From: Acidobacteriaceae bacterium
GTDB lineage: Bacteria > Acidobacteriota > Terriglobia > Terriglobales > Acidobacteriaceae
Direction of reading: 5' to 3'
NCBI GenBank assembly: GCA_035482355.1
Contig: DATHQV010000164.1
Location: forward strand, 28,228-92,227
Length of the DNA: 64,000 nucleotides
Positions within the stretch are counted from its first letter, which is position 1. Each line of letters opens with the position of its first letter. Under the pieces are notes generated by a model. It was not told where the DNA came from and searched no databases. It saw nothing but the letters and a program-made list of their open reading frames with translations. Made by a program: the position numbers and the translations under genes. Of this stretch, positions 32,177 through 40,816 are shown in pieces.

Positions 32177-34147
32177 CTAGATACGCTGGAACGCCCGCTG
32201 AATGTCTCTCCATGAATATCGTAAAGCAATGGGGCGGCCGTGGGGGCAGCTGGTGGGATGTTGGGTGCGGGCGAGTTCCTGGAGGAGCCACTCCATGCGG
32301 GCGGGATCGAGGGGCATATTGACCTTGATGGCGGCGTGGCAGGCGATGGAGGCGGCGATGCGGGTGCGGGCGGCTTCGAGGTTGTCGGACTGGGCGGAGG
32401 CTCCGGGCTGCTCGAGGACTTCATGGATCATGCGCTCGAGCTCGCGGCCGGCGAGGCCGGAGGGCGCGGCTTTGATGGCGATGGTGTGGGGGCCGAAGGG
32501 CTCGGCTTCGCAGCCGTTGTGCTCCAGTTCCGCGGCAATGGTGGAGAAGACGACCATTTGCTGGGGAAGCAGGTCGATGAGCATGGGCATGAGGAGGCGC
32601 TGGCGCTCGACGCGTTCCGTCTGGCGCTCGCGGAGGATTTTTTCGAAGAGAACGCGCTCGTGGGCGACGTGCTGATCGATGATCCAGAGGCCTTCATCGT
32701 TGGTGGCGAGGATGAAGGATTCGCGGAGCTGGCCCAGGGGTTTGAGCGAGGCGAGGGAGTGGAGGGAGGGGGCGGGTTCGCCGCCTTCGGGGAGGGTTTG
32801 TTCGGAACAGGCGTGGTTGGGGGGCGCCTGGGGAAAAGCAGGTCCCTCCGCTCCGCTTCGCTCCGGTCGGGATGACAAATCCGTTGCAGCGCCGAAGGGG
32901 AGGGGCACGTCTTCCGGGCGGGGTTCGGGCGGAGCGAGAGTGAAGGATGCGGCATCGCCTTCCTGCGGGGGCGGTTCAGAGCCGGGGACGGCGGAGATCT
33001 CAGGTCCTTCCGGGCCGGCGAGGGGAACGAGGGACGAGGAGGCGTGGGGAGTGTCCGTAAGCGCCGAGAGAAAGCTTGCGGCGGGGCGGGTTTTCACGAG
33101 AGTGTTGCGGATGGAGTCGCGGACGAAGTCGTGCACGAAGGATTGCTGGCGGAAGCGGACCTCGGTTTTGGCGGGATGGACGTTGACGTCCACCTCGTGC
33201 GCAGGCATTTCAAGAAAGAGCAGGATGACCGGGAACGAAGTGGGGGGAATGATGTTGCGATAAGCCTCAGTGAGGGCGTGGAGGATGAGGCGGTCGCGGA
33301 TGAGGCGCTGGTTGGCAAAAATGTAGATCGAATTGCGATTGAGCTTCTGCAGCGCGGGGCGGGAGGCAAAGCCGCTGACGCGCAGGAAACCGGGATCGGG
33401 AGGGGTGTAGTCCTGGTCGCGACGCCAGGGCGGGGGTTCGGGGAGCCCGGCGTGATCGAAGCGGAGCTCCGCAGCGACGGGCACGAGCTGATCCAGAGTG
33501 TCGCGGCCGAAGATTTGGTAAATGCGCTCGGAGGGGTCGTTGACGGGCGGCGCGATGAGCAGCGCGTGCGTGGCGGAATGCAGCTCGAAGTGAATCTCAG
33601 GATGGGCGAGCGCGTAGTGGGTGACCAGCGCAGTGACGTGGGAGAGCTCTGTGGTTTCGGCGCGCAGGAATTTGCGGCGCGCGGGCGTGTTGAAGAAGAG
33701 GTCGCGGACGGCGATGGTGGTGCCGGGAGGACCGCCAACATCTTCGACAGAGTGGACCTTGCCACCGGCGATTTCGATGCGCGTGCCGGTGGGCTGGTCC
33801 GGGGGGCGCGTGGTCAACTCAAGGCGCGAGATGGAGGCGATGGACGGCAGCGCTTCTCCGCGGAATCCGAGGGTGGCGATGGAGAGCAGGTCGTCAGACG
33901 AGCGGATTTTGGAGGTGGCGTGGCGCTCGAAGGCGAGCAGAGCGTCGTCGCGAACCATGCCGCAGCCGTCGTCAGCGATGCGGATGAGGCGGCGTCCGCC
34001 GGCTTCGACTTCAATGCGGATGCGTGTGGCTCCGGCATCGAGGGCGTTTTCGAGGAGTTCTTTCACGACAGAGGCGGGGCGGTCGACGACTTCGCCAGCG
34101 GCGATCTGATTGGCGACCTGGTCGGAGAGAACGCGGATGCGGCCCAT
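32177..34147 (-). CDS. mutL: DNA mismatch repair protein MutL
   Basis: N-terminus MGRIRVLSDQVANQIAAGEVVDRPASVVKELLENALDAGATRIRIEVEAGG (GHKL ATPase) and a C-terminal dimerisation domain (LGQLRESFILATNDEGLWIIDQHVAHERVLFE). Confidence 0.95.
   Translation of the reverse strand: MGRIRVLSDQVANQIAAGEVVDRPASVVKELLENALDAGATRIRIEVEAGGRRLIRIADDGCGMVRDDALLAFERHATSKIRSSDDLLSIATLGFRGEALPSIASISRLELTTRPPDQPTGTRIEIAGGKVHSVEDVGGPPGTTIAVRDLFFNTPARRKFLRAETTELSHVTALVTHYALAHPEIHFELHSATHALLIAPPVNDPSERIYQIFGRDTLDQLVPVAAELRFDHAGLPEPPPWRRDQDYTPPDPGFLRVSGFASRPALQKLNRNSIYIFANQRLIRDRLILHALTEAYRNIIPPTSFPVILLFLEMPAHEVDVNVHPAKTEVRFRQQSFVHDFVRDSIRNTLVKTRPAASFLSALTDTPHASSSLVPLAGPEGPEISAVPGSEPPPQEGDAASFTLAPPEPRPEDVPLPFGAATDLSSRPERSGAEGPAFPQAPPNHACSEQTLPEGGEPAPSLHSLASLKPLGQLRESFILATNDEGLWIIDQHVAHERVLFEKILRERQTERVERQRLLMPMLIDLLPQQMVVFSTIAAELEHNGCEAEPFGPHTIAIKAAPSGLAGRELERMIHEVLEQPGASAQSDNLEAARTRIAASIACHAAIKVNMPLDPARMEWLLQELARTQHPTSCPHGRPIALRYSWRDIQRAFQRI
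32839..32878 (-). repeat. about 40-nt abbreviated copy of the GTCATCCCGA...GAGGGACC repeat, in frame inside the mutL linker
   Basis: Plus strand GCAGGTCCCTCCGCTCCGCTTCGCTCCGGTCGGGATGACA. Shares the terminal blocks GGTCCCTC and CTTCG-N-TCGGGATGACA with the repeats at 35375 and 52796. Translated in MutL as LSSRPERSGAEGPAF. Confidence 0.5.
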
Positions 34148-34210
34148 GCTGGTTTCAAGAATACGCGGAGTCAGTTCTCATTGAATCGCGAACACCCGAG
34201 CGGCCACGTC

Positions 34211-34655
34211 CTACAGTTTCAACGGATTCCTGACAAGAAACTGTTCGGCGGCAGCAGCCTGGAGCAGTGTGTCATCGGAGCTCACGAAGTACATGCCTGA
34301 GACGTCCAGAGAGTCTCGCAGAACGATGCAGGTGGCCAGGTGCAGCGCGTCGAGAGTGCGGCAGCGGGTGGTCGTCGAGGATGAGCTTTGCCTTTTCGAC
34401 GATGGCTTGGCTGGTTGGCTGTTCGACAATTCGGATAATTTCATTCGCTAAGCTCTCGAGAGCTTTCTTCGCGGCGAGAGGAGGGATTTCACCCGCTCTT
34501 TCGCGACGCCGAAGCGCAGATCGTACCTCAAGAGCGGCAAGGGATGAAACCAGCTTGTGGGAGTCGTCAACCCGATCCAGAATTCGAATCAAACTTTCTG
34601 ATCCCTGCTCGAACACAAACAGCTTGGCGAACGCGCTGGATTCGAGGAAGTAATA
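34211..34655 (-). pseudogene. PIN-domain (VapC-like) toxin, disrupted by a 1-nt frameshift and lacking a usable start codon
   Basis: Two track ORFs (34272-34616 and 34211-34444) join into one PIN domain if one nucleotide near 34360 is removed: ...ILDDHPL|RTLDALHLATCIVL...FVSSDDTLLQAA. The conserved N-terminus KYYFLESSAFAKLFV lies upstream of the first ATG/GTG/TTG. Confidence 0.6.
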
Positions 34656-34969
34656 CTTCGATACGTGCCTCGATCACGCAGGATGGTCGCGGACAGTGGC
34701 TCGCCGTGGATGCGGATCGGGGAATAGCGGGAATCGTCGTTTTGGGCAGCGGCCGAGCGTTGCCGGGGCACAGATTTGGAAAGAATAGATCCTGCAAGAC
34801 CGAGACTGTGGACGCGCACGGAAGACTGGCCGAGGCCGATTCGACCGCGGGCGCGCTGCCGGACACGCTTTCCCAAAACCTTTGTCACCTCGCGAGCTTT
34901 CACCTCGTTGGGTTCGGCGGACATCCGGTCCAGGAATTCCTTCACGATCTGAGCATCGGACTTAGCCAT
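34589..34969 (-). CDS. putative antitoxin of the decayed PIN module (3' end uncertain)
   Basis: MAKSDAQIVKEFLDRM...PIRIHGEPLSATILRDRG resembles antitoxin C-termini that precede PIN toxins. The ORF runs on for about 65 nt over the PIN N-terminus, which suggests its original stop was lost. Confidence 0.4.
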   Translation of the reverse strand: MAKSDAQIVKEFLDRMSAEPNEVKAREVTKVLGKRVRQRARGRIGLGQSSVRVHSLGLAGSILSKSVPRQRSAAAQNDDSRYSPIRIHGEPLSATILRDRGTYRSITSSNPARSPSCLCSSRDQKV

Positions 34970-35374
34970 AGCAATAGTTTAGGTCAGCTTTGCCGAATCC
35001 GGACACTTGTCGGGAAACGGGGCAGAGACCACCGGTGATGTCGAGTGGCAGGACGATTGCGCGGCCGCGTCTCATGTTCGCCGGACTGCACGCCGAAGGA
35101 CCTGATGAGTGGCAGGAAAAAGGCCTCGGCGATGGAAGTGGATCGAGTGACGGAGATGGGGGGAGTGGGGCGGCATGAGGTGGTGGCCTGGCCGAGGGCT
35201 GGAGTGCGGCGGCGGAAGTTTGTGGAGGACGTGGAGGATTTGGACGAGGAAGATTTGGAGGGTGCGGCTGAGGCTGCTGGGGAAGCTGATGCCGAGGATG
35301 GGCACGATGGGGCTCTGGATGTGATGGCGTAGGAATCCTTCAGCGTCGCTCGGGTGTCCGCGCAGGCATTCTTT

Positions 35375-35521
35375 TCGGCCGCTTTGCGGCCGATTCCCCT
35401 CGCTGATGAAATTCGCATTCGGGACAGCGGTAGTCAGCTTCGGGGGGTCCCTCGACTTCGCGCCGGATTCGTTTCGATTCCGCTGGTGAGTTTAGTTGCG
35501 GCGCTTCGCTCGGGATGACAG
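35375..35521 (-). repeat. interspersed repeat, copy A (about 145 nt), 9 nt downstream of the folP stop
   Basis: Three conserved blocks are shared with copy B at 52796-52941. Block 1 is TCGGCCGCTNNGCGNCCGATTCCCCTCGCTGATGA. Block 2 is CAGCTTCNGGGGGTCCCTCNACTNCGCGCCGG. Block 3 is GCGGCGCTTCGNTCGGGATGACAG. Variable spacers of similar length separate them. Confidence 0.7.
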
Positions 35522-35529
35522 CGCTTTTT

Positions 35530-36420
35530 TTAGAGCGCGTTGAGAATCGCGTCGGAGATGGCGGCGGCTTCGACGGCGGGGCGGACGTCGTGGACGCGGA
35601 TGATAGAAGCTCCGGCGAGGATGGCTGCGGTGGTGGCGGCGATGGTGGCGTGGGCGCGACCGTGGACGGGAACGTCGTCGGTTCCTGTGGCGGCGGCGAC
35701 GGTGCGTCCGAGGAAAGATTTGCGCGAGACGCCGGCGAGCAGCGGCGATCCGAGCGCGAGCAGATCGTCGAGGTGGGCGAGGAGCGGGTAGTTGTCGTCG
35801 TGAATCTTGCCGAAGCCGTAGCCGGGGTCGAGGACGATGCGGTTGCGTTCGATGCCGGAGGCGTCGGCGCGCGCGAGGGCCTCGACGAAATCGGCCTGAA
35901 CGAGAGGAATGACGGCATCGGGCGCGAGGCGAGGCTGGGTGCGCCATTCGTCGGGGCGTCCGCGGGTGTGCATGAGAATGACGCCGCAGCGGGTGCGGGC
36001 GCAGGTGCGGCCCATGTCGGGATCCCACGTCAAGGAACTGACGTCGTTGATGATTTCCGCGCCGGCAGCGGCAGCGGCGGAGGCGGTGCTGGCTTTGTAG
36101 GTGTCGACGGAGAGGACGGCGTTGTGGCGTTCGCGAAGAATGGCTTCGATGACGGGGAGGACGCGATCCTGTTCGTCTTCAGGGCAGAGGCCCTGGGAGC
36201 CGGGGCGCGTGGATTCGCCGCCGATGTCGATGAGGTCGGCTCCGTCGTCGAGCATGGCGAGCGCGTGTTCGGCGGCGACGTGCGTGCCAAAGTAGAGGCC
36301 GCCGTCAGAGAACGAGTCAGGCGTGACGTTGAGCACGCCCATGACGAGAGTGCGCGTGCCGAGAGGCAGAGTGCGCGTGCGGATTTGCCAGGTGGCGAGG
36401 GGGCGACGGGCAAAAGGCAT
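35530..36420 (-). CDS. folP: dihydropteroate synthase
   Basis: LVMGVLNVTPDSFSDGG, DIGGESTRPG and a GxSRKSF-type motif (AGVSRKSFLG). Confidence 0.95.
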   Translation of the reverse strand: MPFARRPLATWQIRTRTLPLGTRTLVMGVLNVTPDSFSDGGLYFGTHVAAEHALAMLDDGADLIDIGGESTRPGSQGLCPEDEQDRVLPVIEAILRERHNAVLSVDTYKASTASAAAAAGAEIINDVSSLTWDPDMGRTCARTRCGVILMHTRGRPDEWRTQPRLAPDAVIPLVQADFVEALARADASGIERNRIVLDPGYGFGKIHDDNYPLLAHLDDLLALGSPLLAGVSRKSFLGRTVAAATGTDDVPVHGRAHATIAATTAAILAGASIIRVHDVRPAVEAAAISDAILNAL

Positions 36421-36491
36421 CGAGAACGATGCTACACTCCAGAGAAATTACGAGGCGGAGAACACGTGACGTTGAGCTGGCTGGCTGAAGC

Positions 36492-38066
36492 ATGAGACGA
36501 ATCTGGATTCTTTTTCTGATGGCTGCGGTGGTTGCGGGTCCGGTTGGTGCAGCGACCCGGCATAAGAAGGCGAAGGCGCACAGTTCTGTGCCTTTGGCTG
36601 TGACAATTCAGCAGATTTTGGCGGATCCGGCGGTGGCTCGGGCGCACTGGGGCATTTCGGTGGTGACGCCGGAGGGCAAGCCGGTGTTCGCGCTGAACGA
36701 TGGGCAGCTGTTTGAGCCGGCATCGAATACGAAGTTGTTTACGACGGCGGCGTTGATGTCGGTGCTGCCGGCGAACACGACGTTTACGACGACGGTGGGG
36801 AGCCTGGCGCAGCCGGATGCACAGGGAGTACTGAAGGGAAATCTGCTGCTGACTGGTGTGGGCGATCCAACGCTGTCGGGGCGGGTGTATCCGTATGACG
36901 GCAAGACGGAGCGAACGACTGCGCCGCTGCAGGCATTGGAAGGCCTGGCGGACCAGGTGATGGCGAGCGGGGTGAAGACGATCGACGGCGACGTGGTGGG
37001 CGACGATTCGTGGTTTGCCGATGAGCGCTACGGCGGGGACTGGGCGTGGGACGATTTGCAGTGGGATGACGGCGCGCCGGCGTCCGCGCTGACGGTGAAT
37101 GACAACGTGGTGTATCTGAACGTGACACCGGGGGTAGCGCAGGCACCCGCGGTGGTGGCGTGGAATCCTGATGTGCCGTATTACACCCTGAACAATGCGC
37201 TGACGCTGGCGCCGGCGGGACAGGCTGCACATTCGGGCATCGATCGCGCACTGGGGAGCAAGACGGTGCGGCTATTTGGCGCGGTGACGGCGAATGGGAT
37301 GCATGACGCGCTGGCGATTGAGGATCCGGCGGAATTTGCGGCGACGGCGCTGCGGCAGATGCTGCTGGCGCGGGGCGTGACGGTGACGGGGACGGCGAAG
37401 GCGAACCACCGGATGTCCGTCGATACCGAGGGTTACGGCGAGGAGGTGCATCAGCCGGTGGTGCTGCAGCCGTTCACGCTGGCGACGATTACTGCGCAGC
37501 CTGCGGATGCCGCGGGATGGCATACGCTGGGCACGCACGTTTCGCCGCCGGTGGCGGAGGATGAGACGGTGACGCTAAAGATCAGCCAGAATCTGCATGC
37601 GGAGATCTATTTGCGGCTGCTGGGGCGGCTGGAGGCGAATGACGGATCGATTGCGCAGGGAGCGCGAGTGGTGCGGCAGTTTCTGGTGAATGCGGGCGTG
37701 GATCCTGGAGATTTTGTATTCTTCGACGGGTCGGGGCTATCGCCCGCGGATTTGATTACGCCGCGCGCGGCGACGACCTTGTTGACGTACGCGGCGAAGC
37801 AGCCGTGGGGCGCGCTGTTCAAGTCAGACCTGCCGGTGGGCGGCGTGGATGGGACGCTGTCGAATCGATTCACGAGCGAACTGAAAGGGCGCGTGTTTGC
37901 GAAGACGGGTACGCTGGGCGAGGTGAACGCGCTGAGCGGATATCTGACGGCGAAGAGCGGGAAGACGGTGGTGTTTTCGGTGCTGTGCAACGATCATGAT
38001 CCGACGAGCGATGCGGCGAAGGTGGCGCTGGACCGGATTGTGACGGCCATCGCGGACGCGGAGTGA
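36492..38066 (+). CDS. dacB: D-alanyl-D-alanine carboxypeptidase/endopeptidase (PBP4, peptidase S13)
   Basis: Signal peptide, SxxK active site in FEPASNTKLFTTAA, DGSGLS and KTGTL motifs. Confidence 0.9.
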   Translation: MRRIWILFLMAAVVAGPVGAATRHKKAKAHSSVPLAVTIQQILADPAVARAHWGISVVTPEGKPVFALNDGQLFEPASNTKLFTTAALMSVLPANTTFTTTVGSLAQPDAQGVLKGNLLLTGVGDPTLSGRVYPYDGKTERTTAPLQALEGLADQVMASGVKTIDGDVVGDDSWFADERYGGDWAWDDLQWDDGAPASALTVNDNVVYLNVTPGVAQAPAVVAWNPDVPYYTLNNALTLAPAGQAAHSGIDRALGSKTVRLFGAVTANGMHDALAIEDPAEFAATALRQMLLARGVTVTGTAKANHRMSVDTEGYGEEVHQPVVLQPFTLATITAQPADAAGWHTLGTHVSPPVAEDETVTLKISQNLHAEIYLRLLGRLEANDGSIAQGARVVRQFLVNAGVDPGDFVFFDGSGLSPADLITPRAATTLLTYAAKQPWGALFKSDLPVGGVDGTLSNRFTSELKGRVFAKTGTLGEVNALSGYLTAKSGKTVVFSVLCNDHDPTSDAAKVALDRIVTAIADAE

Positions 38067-38123
38067 AGCACAGAACGAGGGTGTAGGGGGTAGGGTGTAG
38101 CGAAAAGCAGGGATTAGGGCGCT

Positions 38124-38492
38124 GTGAGACATTCGGTTTCATTATCGATTTTCGCGAGTGCGGTGGGAATGTTCCTGCTGGCTGGATGTGGGCCTTCGCT
38201 TGCGCCTTCGAAGCAGGATACGGGTACACCGCTCACGAAGCAGGAAATGGCCGGGCTTGGCATCTATCAACAGAACTGCGCAAGCTGTCACTACGCCAAC
38301 CACACCGGCGATCTGCATGGGCCGAGTTTGTTCGGGTTGTATCGCAAGCCTTATATGCCGAGCGGGGCTCCCGCCAACGACGACCGTGTGACGGCGGTGA
38401 CGCTGCATGGACACGGGATGATGCCGGGCTTTCAGGGTCAACTGAACGCGGAGCAACTGCAGGCACTGCTCGCGTATCTGCACACGCTATGA
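38124..38492 (+). CDS. c-type cytochrome (class I), lipoprotein signal
   Basis: LLAGC lipobox, haem-binding CASCH, distal Met region GHGMMPGF. Confidence 0.8.
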   Translation: MRHSVSLSIFASAVGMFLLAGCGPSLAPSKQDTGTPLTKQEMAGLGIYQQNCASCHYANHTGDLHGPSLFGLYRKPYMPSGAPANDDRVTAVTLHGHGMMPGFQGQLNAEQLQALLAYLHTL

Positions 38493-38836
38493 CGGATTCT
38501 GGTTCACCGGATCGCGCGAAAATGCTGCCGGGCGTGGCGGCGATCGGGCTGTGGATGTTCTTGCTGTGCCTGATGGGGTTAATTGGCGTCACGCGCCATG
38601 CGCTGCCACCCGTGGTGCTGGTGTTTTGCGCGGCGTTCGCGGCGGCGGGGCAGGGATTGCTGCGGCTGCGGCGATGGGGATGGGCGCTGACGCTGGGCGC
38701 GGTGTTGTTTTCTGCGACGTATGGGATGTGGGCGGTGGTGAAGGGTCACCAGGTGGGGTTGGTGCTGATGGTGGCGATCAATTTGATTTTGTTTCTGTAT
38801 CTGGTGCGGCCCGAGGTGCGCGAGCGGCTGAAGTAG
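38489..38836 (+). CDS. hypothetical membrane protein (115 aa)
   Basis: ATGA overlap with the cytochrome c stop. Three to four TM helices. The longer 38186 track ORF overlaps the cytochrome gene out of frame and was trimmed. Confidence 0.6.
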   Translation: MTDSGSPDRAKMLPGVAAIGLWMFLLCLMGLIGVTRHALPPVVLVFCAAFAAAGQGLLRLRRWGWALTLGAVLFSATYGMWAVVKGHQVGLVLMVAINLILFLYLVRPEVRERLK

Positions 38837-38936
38837 CGGATGGGCAGCCGTCAGCGATCAGCATGAGCCGCCACTTCCCGGCTCGTCATGAGTTGGAGTT
38901 GCCAGCGATCGAGGGCCCCCCAGCGGAAGGAGGCTT

Positions 38937-39791
38937 ATGCATTCTCTCGCCACGCCTGCCCTGATTCTCCTTGCGATTTCAACTGGCTTGCCGGGTCCCG
39001 CGGTGACCACGGATGACAACGGTGGGGCGAAACTCGCAAAGCCTGTTTCCTGGGGCTCGCCGGATGAGCCGTACGGGACGCGGCGCGCGGTGACGACGGC
39101 TGACCGCGCGGCCATTTCCGCCTATCGTAACGGGAGCAGGAAGCCGGTTTATGCGACCACGTTTACCGATGCCGCTGAACTGGACTCGCACTGGGAGATG
39201 GTTTCCGACGATAACCGCTATGGGGATTATTTGTCGTGCCGCCGGCCCGCGAGCGTGCAGACGACGCCCGCGGGACTACGAATCAAGACGCTGGTGGCGA
39301 CCGACTGCGGGCACAAATGGTCGACCGGCTACATTGCGAGCCGAACGCATTACACATTCGGATTTTTCGAGGAAAGGGTGATGATTGCCGATATCACCGG
39401 CCTCGATAACGCGTTGTGGCTGACGACCTCGGATAACTACGAGATCGATGCGGCGGAGATCTACTACCCCAGTTACATCCATTATGGGTTGCAGTACTGG
39501 CCGCATAACATGACGGAGAAGCACACCGGGATGGGCTGGGGCGCTTACTACACGAGCAATCTGGCGCAGGGATTTCACGATGTTGGGTTGCTGTGGACGC
39601 CGACGGAGATTATCTACGAGATCGACGGAGAGCCTGTCGCCGCTGCGGAGACGCACGGATCCGTTAAGGGAGCGGCGGCGGTGCGAATTTCGAGCGCACT
39701 GCTGTCGGGGGTGGGCAAGCTGCCGGAACATCCGGAGGGACACGACATGCAGGTGAAGTCGATGCGGATCTTCGCGTATGCTGCGCAGTGA
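38937..39791 (+). CDS. glycoside hydrolase family 16 (beta-glucanase/laminarinase-like), secreted
   Basis: Signal peptide. The GH16 catalytic motif E-x-D-x-x-E is present as YEIDAAE. Jelly-roll-type sequence features. Confidence 0.8.
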   Translation: MHSLATPALILLAISTGLPGPAVTTDDNGGAKLAKPVSWGSPDEPYGTRRAVTTADRAAISAYRNGSRKPVYATTFTDAAELDSHWEMVSDDNRYGDYLSCRRPASVQTTPAGLRIKTLVATDCGHKWSTGYIASRTHYTFGFFEERVMIADITGLDNALWLTTSDNYEIDAAEIYYPSYIHYGLQYWPHNMTEKHTGMGWGAYYTSNLAQGFHDVGLLWTPTEIIYEIDGEPVAAAETHGSVKGAAAVRISSALLSGVGKLPEHPEGHDMQVKSMRIFAYAAQ

Positions 39792-39839
39792 TGCGGAGCG
39801 CGACCTGCAGCCCGTGTAACGTGGGTCGAATTGGACAGG

Positions 39840-40808
39840 TCAGGAAGCGGGCAGCGCGAAGCGGACGCCTGTGAGTTGTTCGGAGACTTCCCACAATTTC
39901 TCAGCTAGCTTTTCGTCGTAGGCCTGGGCTTCTGCGTGGACTTCTACGGGATAGCCGCGCATTTGGCGGAAGCCGTCGGGGCCGTAGAAATGTCCGGGCT
40001 GAATCGCCTGGCTGGTGGCGGCGTAGAGGGTGGGCCATGCGCCTTGTGCGTCGGATTGCGCGATGAGGGCGATGAAGGGCGGAATGATCTTCGCGAGCAA
40101 TCCACCGCCCGAACCAGGTCCGGCGGCGAAGAGGTTGGTGTTGGAAACGCCGGGATGCACGACGACGCTGATGGCGGGCTGCTGCGTTGCGGCGTAGGCG
40201 CGTTCGAGACGGCGTTCGAGTTCGAATCCGAAAAGCAAATTGGCGAGCTTGGTGCGGCGATAAGCGGGCCAGGGTATGTAGCTGTGCTCCCAATTCAGGT
40301 TCGCGAAATCCATGGTGGCGCCGCGATGCGCGATAGAACTCACCGTGATAATGCGGGCGGGAGGCGTGTTGGGGCGGGGTTCGAGGAGCGTGGGGAGCAT
40401 CAGGCCGGTGAGGGCGAAGTGTCCGAAGTGGTTGGTGCCGAGTTGGAGTTCGAATCCGTCGCGCGTGGTCTGGCGGGTGGGGAGAGCCATGATGCCGGCG
40501 TTGTTGATGAGGAAGTCGAGGCGCTGGCCGGTGGAGAGAAACGCAGTGGCGGCGGCGCGGATGGAATCGAGGCTGGCGAGGTCAAGAATCGCAACGTCGA
40601 TCTCAGCAGACGGGACGGCGGCGAGGATGCGGGTGCGTGCTGCTTCCGCTCTCGCGCGGTCGCGGCAGGCAAGGATGACGGAGCATCCGCGGCGGGCGAG
40701 TTCGAGCGCGGCGTGGAAGCCAATGCCGCTGTTGGCGCCGGTGATGTAGGCGAGCTTGCCGGATTGCGGCGGCATGCTGGCGGGGGTCCAGCGAGACTGA
40801 TCAGACAA
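39840..40808 (-). CDS. SDR family oxidoreductase
   Basis: ITGANSGIGFHAALELARRG (TGxxxGIG), NNAG, Y-x3-K (YRRTK). Confidence 0.9.
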   Translation of the reverse strand: MSDQSRWTPASMPPQSGKLAYITGANSGIGFHAALELARRGCSVILACRDRARAEAARTRILAAVPSAEIDVAILDLASLDSIRAAATAFLSTGQRLDFLINNAGIMALPTRQTTRDGFELQLGTNHFGHFALTGLMLPTLLEPRPNTPPARIITVSSIAHRGATMDFANLNWEHSYIPWPAYRRTKLANLLFGFELERRLERAYAATQQPAISVVVHPGVSNTNLFAAGPGSGGGLLAKIIPPFIALIAQSDAQGAWPTLYAATSQAIQPGHFYGPDGFRQMRGYPVEVHAEAQAYDEKLAEKLWEVSEQLTGVRFALPAS

Positions 40809-40816
40809 GGAACTCC

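Noticed and set aside
35045-35332. 95-aa plus-strand ORF with an acidic tail (FVEDVEDLDEEDLEGAAEAAGEADAEDGHDG) in the purine-rich gap between the toxin-antitoxin module and the repeat
   Set aside because: No RBS, third-position GC lower than in neighbouring genes, and a composition driven by a GA-rich tract. Left as unassigned non-coding DNA, although a small acidic protein cannot be excluded.
35392-35410. CUGAUGA in both copies of the 145-nt repeat, suggesting a hammerhead ribozyme core or a C-box/k-turn
   Set aside because: No downstream GAAA core element, no matching stem II/III arrangement and no cleavage-site triplet could be found in either copy. The heptamer alone is not diagnostic.
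36432-37232. 266-aa minus-strand ORF antisense to dacB
   Set aside because: Arg/His-rich artefact. The plus-strand frame has the SxxK, SGLS and KTG PBP4 motifs.
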